This document shows, piece by piece, positions 35,438 to 46,052 of a stretch of 64,000 nt of DNA. Made by a program: the position numbers and the translations under genes. The DNA lies in NCBI RefSeq assembly GCF_964355755.1, contig NC_092675.1:28926912-28990911 (forward strand), written 5' to 3'. Source of the DNA: Antedon mediterranea. Taxonomy: Eukaryota > Animalia > Echinodermata. The notes beneath the pieces were generated by a model. That model worked only from the letters and a program-made list of their open reading frames with translations, was not told where the DNA came from and ran no database searches. Position 1 is the first letter of the stretch. The number at the start of each line of letters is the position of its first letter.

Positions 35438-37531
35438 ATGTTTTTACATTTAATACGAACTTTAATATTTGGAATATTATTTATTTTTGGTTCTCATATT
35501 GGTTCATTGCAAATATACAAAACAGTACCTCCAGCAAACACAGGAAGTCCAACACTAAGCATAAGTATAGAGGATAAAACATATTTTGTTTCTCAAAAAC
35601 TTATTATTTCTTGTAAATTTGACTTCTTTCAAACACATATTGAGCTGCAAGATTTAAAACTAACAAACAATGGATCAAATTTACCAAAGGATTCATTAAA
35701 TATTGAAGAAATTTATGCAAGGAAAAGAAGTTTACAGGAATTTAAAATAACAATTTCAACTCTTACAGAGTCTCACACAGGATCATATAAATGTGCCACC
35801 ACACAGGGCCAAGACGGACAGTCTAATCAAGAAATGGTCAAAGTTTGGCCAATTCCAGAGGACCCTAGGTGCACAACATCCCCAAAGTTCTATTTTGAAG
35901 GACAACACTTGACCTTAACTTGTGAAACCACTGCTATATATCCTACTTTTAAATTAAAATGGAATAATGAACAACCCAAACATGAAAATCTTCAAATCCA
36001 AAAAGTCATTGCCACAAAAGATAACAATGGTTCAACACATACATGTATATTGGATGTACTAGCATGGAGTAAAGTGACACTTTGTAAAATTGAAATTTCA
36101 ATCAAAGAGATAATTATTGTTAGCAATATTGTTGCATTAGGACGACCTGCAACGTTGCAATGCATTGTGGATGATGCCATCCCAGGTCTCAACTATACCT
36201 GGACATCTGAATCTAACAGTTTTTATCAAAATGGAAATAAATGTTATGAATACATTAATAATAGTAGCAACAACAGCGAAAACTGGCAAACATTAGGCAA
36301 TGAGAATACCCTGAACATTGAGAATGTGACAGCTGATATGAACAATACTGTTATCACTTGTGAAGTACAAGGGTACAATATTATTGGAAGAAACTCTAGT
36401 ATACTTACTGTACATGGACTACCTACAGTAGAACCTACAACAGATACAATAACTATTATTATACCTACAACAAATGCAATAACTACAGAAACTACAACAG
36501 AGAAAATTATGACTACAAAAGAAAAACATACTGGAAATGAAAATGCAAATACAGAAAAACCAAAAAGTAGTAACAATAACAATCTAATTTTTTTTGTTGT
36601 TTGTATATTTGGATCTCTCACCTTATTAATATTTCTAATCTTTGTTGTCAGAATTTGTATCCAGTGCATAAAAAAATCTTCAAACCAAAGCAGCAATGTT
36701 GGTACAATACAAGCTATTGTAAGCTATGATAACGAATCTTACAAAACTGTGCCATTGGTGGTTCGTGCACCACCCAAGTCTGTCACCAAACTCCACCATA
36801 CATCCCAGCAATTATTAACAGACAACCAGATGATCTCTGCTCCGAGTATGATCTCATTACCTGATGAAAGACAACGCCAACGAATGAAACAAACATGGAT
36901 ATCAACACGTCACCTAACACCAGTACATTCAACCACTACATTTGGATCTAGTGATGATGAATATACACACAGCATTGATGAAATGTTTAATGACCCTATG
37001 TATGATGAGATAAATTCTAAAACATTGAAAAATCAGAGGGAAGATTTGAGAACAGAAGCTGATCAAGTTGAGCCTTCTTGGAGTGGTGCAAAGCACAGAG
37101 ATGGCAACAGAGCTGATAGTGATGGACACAAGACAAAAACTGAAGATCCATATCAAAAAATAGAGAATGAATTTACATCAAGAAACAAAAGACTCGCATC
37201 AGAAGGAAATGCTTTGAATCCTTATGAAAAAATATCAGAATTGGAAGCTGGTTTTAATTCTGAGGAGGTGAATGAAAATATCTATTCACAACCAGATAAG
37301 AATAAATCATCTCAAGAGACATGCCCTGATAATAAACAAATAAAGGAAGAGTTTGGAAAAACACAAACAAAATCAAACAGCAGTGAAACAGAACATATCT
37401 ACTCTCAAGTTAATAAAAAGATGAAAAACAAAGTTTTAAAGGATCAATATCTGGAGATATACGCAGAGACTGTGGATGTTGTCAGGAGTGATGCAAGTGA
37501 GTCTGAAGATGAGGCAGAAACTACATGTTAA
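35438..37531 (+). CDS. g10: 3-Ig receptor, ectodomain type B + tail L (intact, 697 aa)
   Basis: The only intact type B copy. Long Thr-rich stalk. TM LIFFVVCIFGSLTLLIFLIFVV. Confidence 0.9.
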   Translation: MFLHLIRTLIFGILFIFGSHIGSLQIYKTVPPANTGSPTLSISIEDKTYFVSQKLIISCKFDFFQTHIELQDLKLTNNGSNLPKDSLNIEEIYARKRSLQEFKITISTLTESHTGSYKCATTQGQDGQSNQEMVKVWPIPEDPRCTTSPKFYFEGQHLTLTCETTAIYPTFKLKWNNEQPKHENLQIQKVIATKDNNGSTHTCILDVLAWSKVTLCKIEISIKEIIIVSNIVALGRPATLQCIVDDAIPGLNYTWTSESNSFYQNGNKCYEYINNSSNNSENWQTLGNENTLNIENVTADMNNTVITCEVQGYNIIGRNSSILTVHGLPTVEPTTDTITIIIPTTNAITTETTTEKIMTTKEKHTGNENANTEKPKSSNNNNLIFFVVCIFGSLTLLIFLIFVVRICIQCIKKSSNQSSNVGTIQAIVSYDNESYKTVPLVVRAPPKSVTKLHHTSQQLLTDNQMISAPSMISLPDERQRQRMKQTWISTRHLTPVHSTTTFGSSDDEYTHSIDEMFNDPMYDEINSKTLKNQREDLRTEADQVEPSWSGAKHRDGNRADSDGHKTKTEDPYQKIENEFTSRNKRLASEGNALNPYEKISELEAGFNSEEVNENIYSQPDKNKSSQETCPDNKQIKEEFGKTQTKSNSSETEHIYSQVNKKMKNKVLKDQYLEIYAETVDVVRSDASESEDEAETTC

Positions 37532-38068
37532 TAGAAGACAGAAACTTATAAAGGTGAAAACTATACAAGGTATTTTGCACAATAAATTAATATTATTTTT
37601 TATGTGATTTATTTAGCTTGGGGGTAAAAAAAAAAATAAGAACTTTTCCATGTTACCACTTTGAGGTTGATAGAGAGTTGCTATCTAATCATGCATCATA
37701 AAATAACTAGCACTTTAAATGGTCATCACATTATATTTCTATATACTTTTACTTTATAGTGTAAAACCAGAAATATAAGTTTTGTACGAAAGAAATAACT
37801 TAATATGAAATTACCTGAACTATAGAGGGTGCTATCTATAAAAATGTTATTTCAAATGAACAAATAATATTGAATGGCATATAGTAATTTACTTAATACT
37901 ATATTTTCTATTTAGCCAAGTGAAAATCTAAAGAAATTTAATTTATTATTAATATTTCAATATCATAAATACAAACACAGATAATAACAAAAACACAATC
38001 ATTTTTTATGAGGGGTCCCCATATATTTTATTTAAAGACACTAGACCTACATTTTTTCAACCTACTTT

Positions 38069-38440
38069 AAGGTCACACACTACATTTTATGTAAAAATAC
38101 TATATGGACCTATTGCGATAATTTTGTCTTTAAACGGTTAAAAATGTGAAAAATAAGTCTATTCTAATAATTTTAGCAGCCCGCTATAAATCCCAACATG
38201 AATATCAATTGATATTTTTATATTGTTGATGTGATGCACCCACTTCGATCGATCGTGTGAAAGGGTAAATAAATAAAAGAACCGTAATTTTTCAGCTAAA
38301 ATACCAGGTGTTCCCCAGTTTGTATTAACAGATTCTCCCAAAAAAGGAAAGACAATTATTTCAGCAACGCGACAAAGTCAGGCTAGACCTATAGCTAGCA
38401 TATGATGTTTGTACCACTCTTTACCAGCTAGGCCTCCCCA
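38069..38440. mobile_element. Diverged fragment related to the Kolobok-like element (duplicated at ~42034-42405)
   Basis: TATATGGACCTATTGCGATAA...GTCTTTAAACGGTTAAAAATGTGAAAAATAA and downstream sequence match 15610-15960. Confidence 0.65.
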
Positions 38441-39438
38441 AAAATGGTATTTGTCTTGTAAAATGCCATGAATTTTGACTAATTATTTACAGCTTATATA
38501 ATAATTTTTCATATCTGTGAAACTGAAAAATACAAATGTTTATTATATTTTAAAAATTATCTTTCTAGGTGAACTTATTATATCTTTATCTAAAATATGC
38601 TACTCTGGAAACATTTAAATTGTTATTGATACTACAATGTGAATATTTTGTTATAAAATATTTATATATTTGTCAATGTTACTGGATTTTTTTTATGTGA
38701 TGGATTTATTTTTTCTTTGATGGTTTATGTGTTGTTGTTATTGTTACCTTTTTTGTAAATGTACTGTATTATGAAAGTTTTGAAAGTTATAAAAAAAAAA
38801 CAGAATTATATCTCAATTATGCAACTGAACAAGAAACAAAATTGCAATAATATAATAATTGTGATTGTTTAAATAACAGAATGATTGTTCTTGAAAAGTA
38901 AGAAAATGTTTATAATTGTTGTGTGAACATTTAAAATTATGAATGATAGCACATGTATTTACTTCTTTCTGAAATTAAATAAAATATATAGCAATACAAA
39001 TATATCAACATGAACAGGCTAAGTGGTTATATTATAGGTACTACACTGCAATATTTACTTTACAACAAATTTAAGTCATTCTAAACCATAACAATTCATT
39101 TAAAATGCACTTAAAACACACACAACTACAACTAACTTATTGTATATATGGTTTGTAACAATGCATTCCTCTGAAATGATTGGCTAGAAATTTGCCAATC
39201 AAATGAGGCTTAAAAAGTCAATCAACTATACATGCCAATAATATGTAGATACTGTATATTAACTACAGTAATCAACCAAAAAATAGACCATACATCGTAT
39301 CATATCTGGGAGTACTCACAAATTGAAACACTGTACCATTTACATGTTCATTTTTATATTTGAAGACTGTATGAAAAATACTGTTTTGGATTGTTAACAG
39401 ATTCAGAACTGAGGAACAATACTAACTGCTAATATACA

Positions 39439-41496
39439 ATGTTGTCACAATTTTTTACTTTAAACTTTCAAATAATGATTATGGCTTCATGTTTGCATAC
39501 TGCAGGAACAGAAAGTTTATCAACAAATACAGAGCCTTTACAGCCACCAGGAACTCCAACAGTAAGCATCAGTATTGAAAAGAATGAATATTATTTTGTT
39601 GGCCAAGAACTTCAAGCTACATGTACATTTAAATCATTCAACATGGAAGGAAGATTAAATAAAAATAACCTTCAACTTTTACTAAATGATACAGTCTTAG
39701 TGATTGACAAATCACAGATTGTTACTATTCATGTAAGTAGCGATTACATGACACAGGTTTATCAAATAACAATTTCAAACCTCACAGAGTCTTACACAAG
39801 ATCATATAAATGTGGATATATAAAAGCTAAGGATTTAAATAAATCTTCTACACGAGACATTACAGTTTGGCCAATTCCAAAGGATCCAAAATGTACATCC
39901 TCACAACCATTCTATTTTGAAGGACAAAACGTGACTTTAACATGTGAAGCTACAGCTTCATATCCAGATCTTGAATTGAGATGGAAATTTGATCAACCCA
40001 CTTCTAAAAATATGTGCATTAAAACATTTGTTGCTCATAACACTGATGATTTGGAAAACCGTTGCCTAATGAATGTACCGTCATGGAACTCTAAAACTTT
40101 GAGTTGTGAAATTAAAATTTTATTATTAAATCCTGAAGTGAATATTGTCGATAACAAGTTTACATTAGGACAACCAGCAACATTGGAATGCGCTGTAGGT
40201 AACACAACTAATATTGTCCCAGAACTCAACTATACTTGGATATCAGAATCTGAAAGTTTAATAAAGGAAATTGAACGAAATTCAAATCCAGATATCAATG
40301 GCAGTAGCAACAACAGCTCAAACTGCCAAAAATTTGGAGATGACATGATCCTAAACATTGAGAATGTGACAGCTGATATGAACAATGCTGTTATCACTTG
40401 TGAGGTACAAGGGTACAATGTTATTCGAAGAAACTCTAGTATACTTAGAGTAAAACGACTAACTACTGTAGAATCTACAACAGATGCAATAGAACCTACA
40501 ACAGATACAATTATGAGTGATGAAACAGAAAAAAGTAACAATAACAATTTAATTTATTTTGTTGTTAGTATATTCGGATCTTTTACATCATTTATATTTT
40601 TAATCTTTGTTGTGAGAATCTGCTTCCAGTGCATAAAAAAATCTTCAAACCAAAGCAGCAATGTTGGTACAATACAAGCTATTGTAAGCTATGATAACGA
40701 ATCTTACAAAACTGTGCCATTGGTGGTTCGTGCACCACCCAAGTCTGTCACCAAACTCCACCATACATCCCAGCAATTATTAACAGACAACCAGATGATC
40801 TCTGCTCCGAGTATGATCTCATTACCTGATGAAAGACAACGCCAACGAATGAAACAAACATGGATATCAACACGTCACCTAACACCAGTACATTCAACCA
40901 CTACATTTGGATCTAGTGATGATGAATATACACACAGCATTGATGAAATGTTTAATGACCCTATGTATGATGAGATAAATTCTAAAACATTGAAAAATCA
41001 GAGGGAAGATTTGAGAACAGAAGCTGATCAAGTTGAGCCTTCTTGGAGTGGTGCAAAGCACAGAGATGGCAACAGAGCTGATAGTGATGGACACAAGACA
41101 AAAACTGAAGATCCATATCAAAAAATAGAGAATGAATTTACATCAAGAAACAAAAGACTCGCATCAGAAGGAAATGCTTTGAATCCTTATGAAAAAATAT
41201 CAGAATTGGAAGCTGGTTTTAATTCTGAGGAGGTGAATGAAAATATCTATTCACAACCAGATAAGAATAAATCATCTCAAGAGACATGCCCTGATAATAA
41301 ACAAATAAAGGAAGAGTTTGGAAAAACACAAACAAAATCAAACAGCAGTGAAACAGAACATATCTACTCTCAAGTTAATAAAAAGATGAAAAACAAAGTT
41401 TTAAAGGATCAATATCTGGAGATATACGCAGAGACTGTGGATGTTGTCAGGAGTGATGCAAGTGAGTCTGAAGATGAGGCAGAAACTACATGTTAA
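39439..41496 (+). CDS. g11: 3-Ig receptor, chimera of the g12 ectodomain/TM (type D) and the g10 tail (L) (685 aa)
   Basis: The protein matches g12 up to the juxtamembrane RICFQC and matches g10 from there to the stop. Confidence 0.87.
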   Translation: MLSQFFTLNFQIMIMASCLHTAGTESLSTNTEPLQPPGTPTVSISIEKNEYYFVGQELQATCTFKSFNMEGRLNKNNLQLLLNDTVLVIDKSQIVTIHVSSDYMTQVYQITISNLTESYTRSYKCGYIKAKDLNKSSTRDITVWPIPKDPKCTSSQPFYFEGQNVTLTCEATASYPDLELRWKFDQPTSKNMCIKTFVAHNTDDLENRCLMNVPSWNSKTLSCEIKILLLNPEVNIVDNKFTLGQPATLECAVGNTTNIVPELNYTWISESESLIKEIERNSNPDINGSSNNSSNCQKFGDDMILNIENVTADMNNAVITCEVQGYNVIRRNSSILRVKRLTTVESTTDAIEPTTDTIMSDETEKSNNNNLIYFVVSIFGSFTSFIFLIFVVRICFQCIKKSSNQSSNVGTIQAIVSYDNESYKTVPLVVRAPPKSVTKLHHTSQQLLTDNQMISAPSMISLPDERQRQRMKQTWISTRHLTPVHSTTTFGSSDDEYTHSIDEMFNDPMYDEINSKTLKNQREDLRTEADQVEPSWSGAKHRDGNRADSDGHKTKTEDPYQKIENEFTSRNKRLASEGNALNPYEKISELEAGFNSEEVNENIYSQPDKNKSSQETCPDNKQIKEEFGKTQTKSNSSETEHIYSQVNKKMKNKVLKDQYLEIYAETVDVVRSDASESEDEAETTC

Positions 41497-43403
41497 TAGA
41501 AGACAGAAACTTATAAAGGTGAAAACTATACAAGGTATTTTGCACAATAAATTAATATTATTTTTTATGTGATTTATTTAGCTTGGGGGTAAAAAAAAAA
41601 ATAAGAACTTTTCCATGTTACCACTTTGAGGTTGATAGAGAGTTGCTATCTAATCATGCATCATAAAATAACTAGCACTTTAAATGGTCATCACATTATA
41701 TTTCTATATACTTTTACTTTATAGTGTAAAACCAGAAATATAAGTTTTGTACGAAAGAAATAACTTAATATGAAATTACCTGAACTATAGAGGGTGCTAT
41801 CTATAAAAATGTTATTTCAAATGAACAAATAATATTGAATGGCATATAGTAATTTACTTAATACTATATTTTCTATTTAGCCAAGTGAAAATCTAAAGAA
41901 ATTTAATTTATTATTAATATTTCAATATCATAAATACAAACACAGATAATAACAAAAACACAATCATTTTTTATGAGGGGTCCCCATATATTTTATTTAA
42001 AGACACTAGACCTACATTTTTTCAACCTACTTTAAGGTCACACACTACATTTTATGTAAAAATACTATATGGACCTATTGCGATAATTTTGTCTTTAAAC
42101 GGTTAAAAATGTGAAAAATAAGTCTATTCTAATAATTTTAGCAGCCCGCTATAAATCCCAACATGAATATCAATTGATATTTTTATATTGTTGATGTGAT
42201 GCACCCACTTCGATCGATCGTGTGAAAGGGTAAATAAATAAAAGAACCGTAATTTTTCAGCTAAAATACCAGGTGTTCCCCAGTTTGTATTAACAGATTC
42301 TCCCAAAAAAGGAAAGACAATTATTTCAGCAACGCGACAAAGTCAGGCTAGACCTATAGCTAGCATATGATGTTTGTACCACTCTTTACCAGCTAGGCCT
42401 CCCCAAAAATGGTATTTGTCTTGTAAAATGCCATGAATTTTGACTAATTATTTACAGCTTATATAATAATTTTTCATATCTGTGAAACTGAAAAATACAA
42501 ATGTTTATTATATTTTAAAAATTATCTTTCTAGGTGAACTTATTATATCTTTATCTAAAATATGCTACTCTGGAAACATTTAAATTGTTATTGATACTAC
42601 AATGTGAATATTTTGTTATAAAATATTTATATATTTGTCAATGTTACTGGATTTTTTTTATGTGATGGATTTATTTTTTCTTTGATGGTTTATGTGTTGT
42701 TGTTATTGTTACCTTTTTTGTAAATGTACTGTATTATGAAAGTTTTGAAAGTTATAAAAAAAAAACAGAATTATATCTCAATTATGCAACTGAACAAGAA
42801 ACAAAATTGCAATAATATAATAATTGTGATTGTTTAAATAACAGAATGATTGTTCTTGAAAAGTAAGAAAATGTTTATAATTGTTGTGTGAACATTTAAA
42901 ATTATGAATGATAGCACATGTATTTACTTCTTTCTGAAATTAAATAAAATATATAGCAATACAAATATATCAACATGAACAGGCTAAGTGGTTATATTAT
43001 AGGTACTACACTGCAATATTTACTTTACAACAAATTTAAGTCATTCTAAACCATAACAATTCATTTAAAATGCACTTAAAACACACACAACTACAACTAA
43101 CTTATTGTATATATGGTTTGTAACAATGCATTCCTCTGAAATGATTGGCTAGAAATTTGCCAATCAAATGAGGCTTAAAAAGTCAATCAACTATACATGC
43201 CAATAATATGTAGATACTGTATATTAACTACAGTAATCAACCAAAAAATAGACCATACATCGTATCATATCTGGGAGTACTCACAAATTGAAACACTGTA
43301 CCATTTACATGTTCATTTTTATATTTGAAGACTGTATGAAAAATACTGTTTTGGATTGTTAACAGATTCAGAACTGAGGAACAATACTAACTGCTAATAT
43401 ACA

Positions 43404-45446
43404 ATGTTGTCACAATTTTTTACTTTAAACTTTCAAATAATGATTATGGCTTCATGTTTGCATACTGCAGGAACAGAAAGTTTATCAACAAATACAGAGC
43501 CTTTACAGCCACCAGGAACTCCAACAGTAAGCATCAGTATTGAAAAGAATGAATATTATTTTGTTGGCCAAGAACTTCAAGCTACATGTACATTTAAATC
43601 ATTCAACATGGAAGGAAGATTAAATAAAAATAACCTTCAACTTTTACTAAATGATACAGTCTTAGTGATTGACAAATCACAGATTGTTACTATTCATGTA
43701 AGTAGCGATTACATGACACAGGTTTATCAAATAACAATTTCAAACCTCACAGAGTCTTACACAAGATCATATAAATGTGGATATATAAAAGCTAAGGATT
43801 TAAATAAATCTTCTACACGAGACATTACAGTTTGGCCAATTCCAAAGGATCCAAAATGTACATCCTCACAACCATTCTATTTTGAAGGACAAAACGTGAC
43901 TTTAACATGTGAAGCTACAGCTTCATATCCAGATCTTGAATTGAGATGGAAATTTGATCAACCCACTTCTAAAAATATGTGCATTAAAACATTTGTTGCT
44001 CATAACACTGATGATTTGGAAAACCGTTGCCTAATGAATGTACCGTCATGGAACTCTAAAACTTTGAGTTGTGAAATTAAAATTTTATTATTAAATCCTG
44101 AAGTGAATATTGTCGATAACAAGTTTACATTAGGACAACCAGCAACATTGGAATGCGCTGTAGGTAACACAACTAATATTGTCCCAGAACTCAACTATAC
44201 TTGGATATCAGAATCTGAAAGTTTAATAAAGGAAATTGAACGAAATTCAAATCCAGATATCAATGGCAGTAGCAACAACAGCTCAAACTGCCAAAAATTT
44301 GGAGATGACATGATCCTAAACATTGAGAATGTGACAGCTGATATGAACAATGCTGTTATCACTTGTGAGGTACAAGGGTACAATGTTATTCGAAGAAACT
44401 CTAGTATACTTAGAGTAAAACGACTAACTACTGTAGAATCTACAACAGATGCAATAGAACCTACAACAGATACAATTATGAGTGATGAAACAGAAAAAAG
44501 TAACAATAACAATTTAATTTATTTTGTTGTTAGTATATTCGGATCTTTTACATCATTTATATTTTTAATCTTTGTTGTGAGAATCTGCTTCCAGTGTATA
44601 AAAAAATCTTCAAACCAAAGCAGCGATGTTGGTACAATACAAGCTATTGTAAGCTATGATAACGAATCTTACAGAACAGTACCATTGGTGGTTCGTGCAC
44701 CATCAAAATCCAAACTCCATCATACATCACAGCAATTATTAACAGACAACCAGATAAGTTCTGCTCCGAGTATGATCTCCTTACCAGATGAAAGACAACG
44801 TCAACGCATGAAACAAACATGGATTTCAACACGTCGCCTAACACCAGTACATTCAACCACTACATTTGGATCTAGTGATGACGAATATACACACAGCATT
44901 GGTGAAATGTTTAATGACCCTATGTATGATGAGATAAATTCTAAAACATTGAAAAATCAGAGAGAAGATTTCAGAACAGAAGCAGACCAAGTTGAGCCTT
45001 CTTGGAGTGGTTCAAAGCACAGAGATGGCAACGGAGATGATGGTAATGGACACAAGACAAACACTGAAGATCCATATAAAGAAATTGAGAATGAATTTAC
45101 AACAAGAAACAAAAGACTCAGATCAGAAGAAAATGTTCTGAATCCTTATGAGAAAATATCAGAATTGGAAGCTGGTTTTAATACTGAAGAGGTGAATGAA
45201 AGTATCTATACACAACCAGATAAAAAGAAATTGTCTCAAGAAACAAACCTTAATAAACAAATAAAGGAAGAGTTTGGAAAAACACAAACAAAATCAAACA
45301 GCAGTGAAACAGAACATATCTACTCTCAAGTCAACAAAAAGATGAAAAACAAAGTTTTAAAGGATCAATATCTGGAGATATATGCAGTGACTGTGGACGT
45401 TGTCAGGAGTGATGCAAGTGAATCTGAAGATGAGACAAACTGCTAA
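43404..45446 (+). CDS. g12: 3-Ig receptor, ectodomain type D + tail L (intact, 680 aa); last gene of the array
   Basis: Same architecture. Its 3' flank is unique. Confidence 0.9.
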   Translation: MLSQFFTLNFQIMIMASCLHTAGTESLSTNTEPLQPPGTPTVSISIEKNEYYFVGQELQATCTFKSFNMEGRLNKNNLQLLLNDTVLVIDKSQIVTIHVSSDYMTQVYQITISNLTESYTRSYKCGYIKAKDLNKSSTRDITVWPIPKDPKCTSSQPFYFEGQNVTLTCEATASYPDLELRWKFDQPTSKNMCIKTFVAHNTDDLENRCLMNVPSWNSKTLSCEIKILLLNPEVNIVDNKFTLGQPATLECAVGNTTNIVPELNYTWISESESLIKEIERNSNPDINGSSNNSSNCQKFGDDMILNIENVTADMNNAVITCEVQGYNVIRRNSSILRVKRLTTVESTTDAIEPTTDTIMSDETEKSNNNNLIYFVVSIFGSFTSFIFLIFVVRICFQCIKKSSNQSSDVGTIQAIVSYDNESYRTVPLVVRAPSKSKLHHTSQQLLTDNQISSAPSMISLPDERQRQRMKQTWISTRRLTPVHSTTTFGSSDDEYTHSIGEMFNDPMYDEINSKTLKNQREDFRTEADQVEPSWSGSKHRDGNGDDGNGHKTNTEDPYKEIENEFTTRNKRLRSEENVLNPYEKISELEAGFNTEEVNESIYTQPDKKKLSQETNLNKQIKEEFGKTQTKSNSSETEHIYSQVNKKMKNKVLKDQYLEIYAVTVDVVRSDASESEDETNC

Positions 45447-46052
45447 AACAAAGGCAAAACAGAAAGGAAAATATATAACTTTGAATTGGTACCAACAAAT
45501 GAAACAACAACCTACGGTGCAGTATTTAATATACACATTTTTATGTTATTATATTTATATTTTATTTGCGCATACATAAACCAAAAAAAAACAAGGATGA
45601 TTGGAAATTTCAACACACCATAAAAGAACATCTTTATATTTAAGCAGAAAAGTTTACAGCTAATTTTAAATATAAGTTGTACTTTTTTTAGAAAAAAAAA
45701 ATTAATATTTAATGTTGAAAAAAAATTTTTTTTTTAAGTAAGAATTCTCAATGGAAATCATATTTTTTACTCTGAGTGAAAAATATGAAAAGAAATGTTA
45801 ATAAATATTATATTATTGGAAGCTATATCATAATATTTCTTAACATATAATATTCAAACCATTTTACTACATAATATATGAAACAAAGAAAACTGGAAAT
45901 GATAAATCATGCCATCAATTGTGATTTTAAAGGAAAAAAATGTTTTAAAATCAATAGTTTTAACTAATATTAAAATATTTGCTTGTATCAACTAACTAGT
46001 TGACATAGTTCTACCTAGTTTCATTTCTAAACTTATCAATGATAATACCTAC

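Larger units (their letters stand above)
36660..44596. repeat. Apparently exact tandem duplication, period 3,965 bp (36660-40631 = 40625-44596)
   Basis: A constant 3,965 offset links the stops at 37531/41496, the starts at 39439/43404 and the shadow ORFs at 38159/42124. No mismatches were noticed by eye. Identity starts and ends at the shared TCCAGTG. Confidence 0.92.

Noticed and set aside
38005-38030. Minus-strand I-W-G-P as a candidate next FGGY exon
   Set aside because: The flanking residues do not resemble FGGY and there is no EGGQS motif.
3953-44856. Recurrent minus-strand ORFs overlapping the receptor genes (e.g. 4205-4507, 17964-18335, 36244-36696)
   Set aside because: They are antisense shadows of the conserved + strand coding sequence and recur only because that sequence is repeated.
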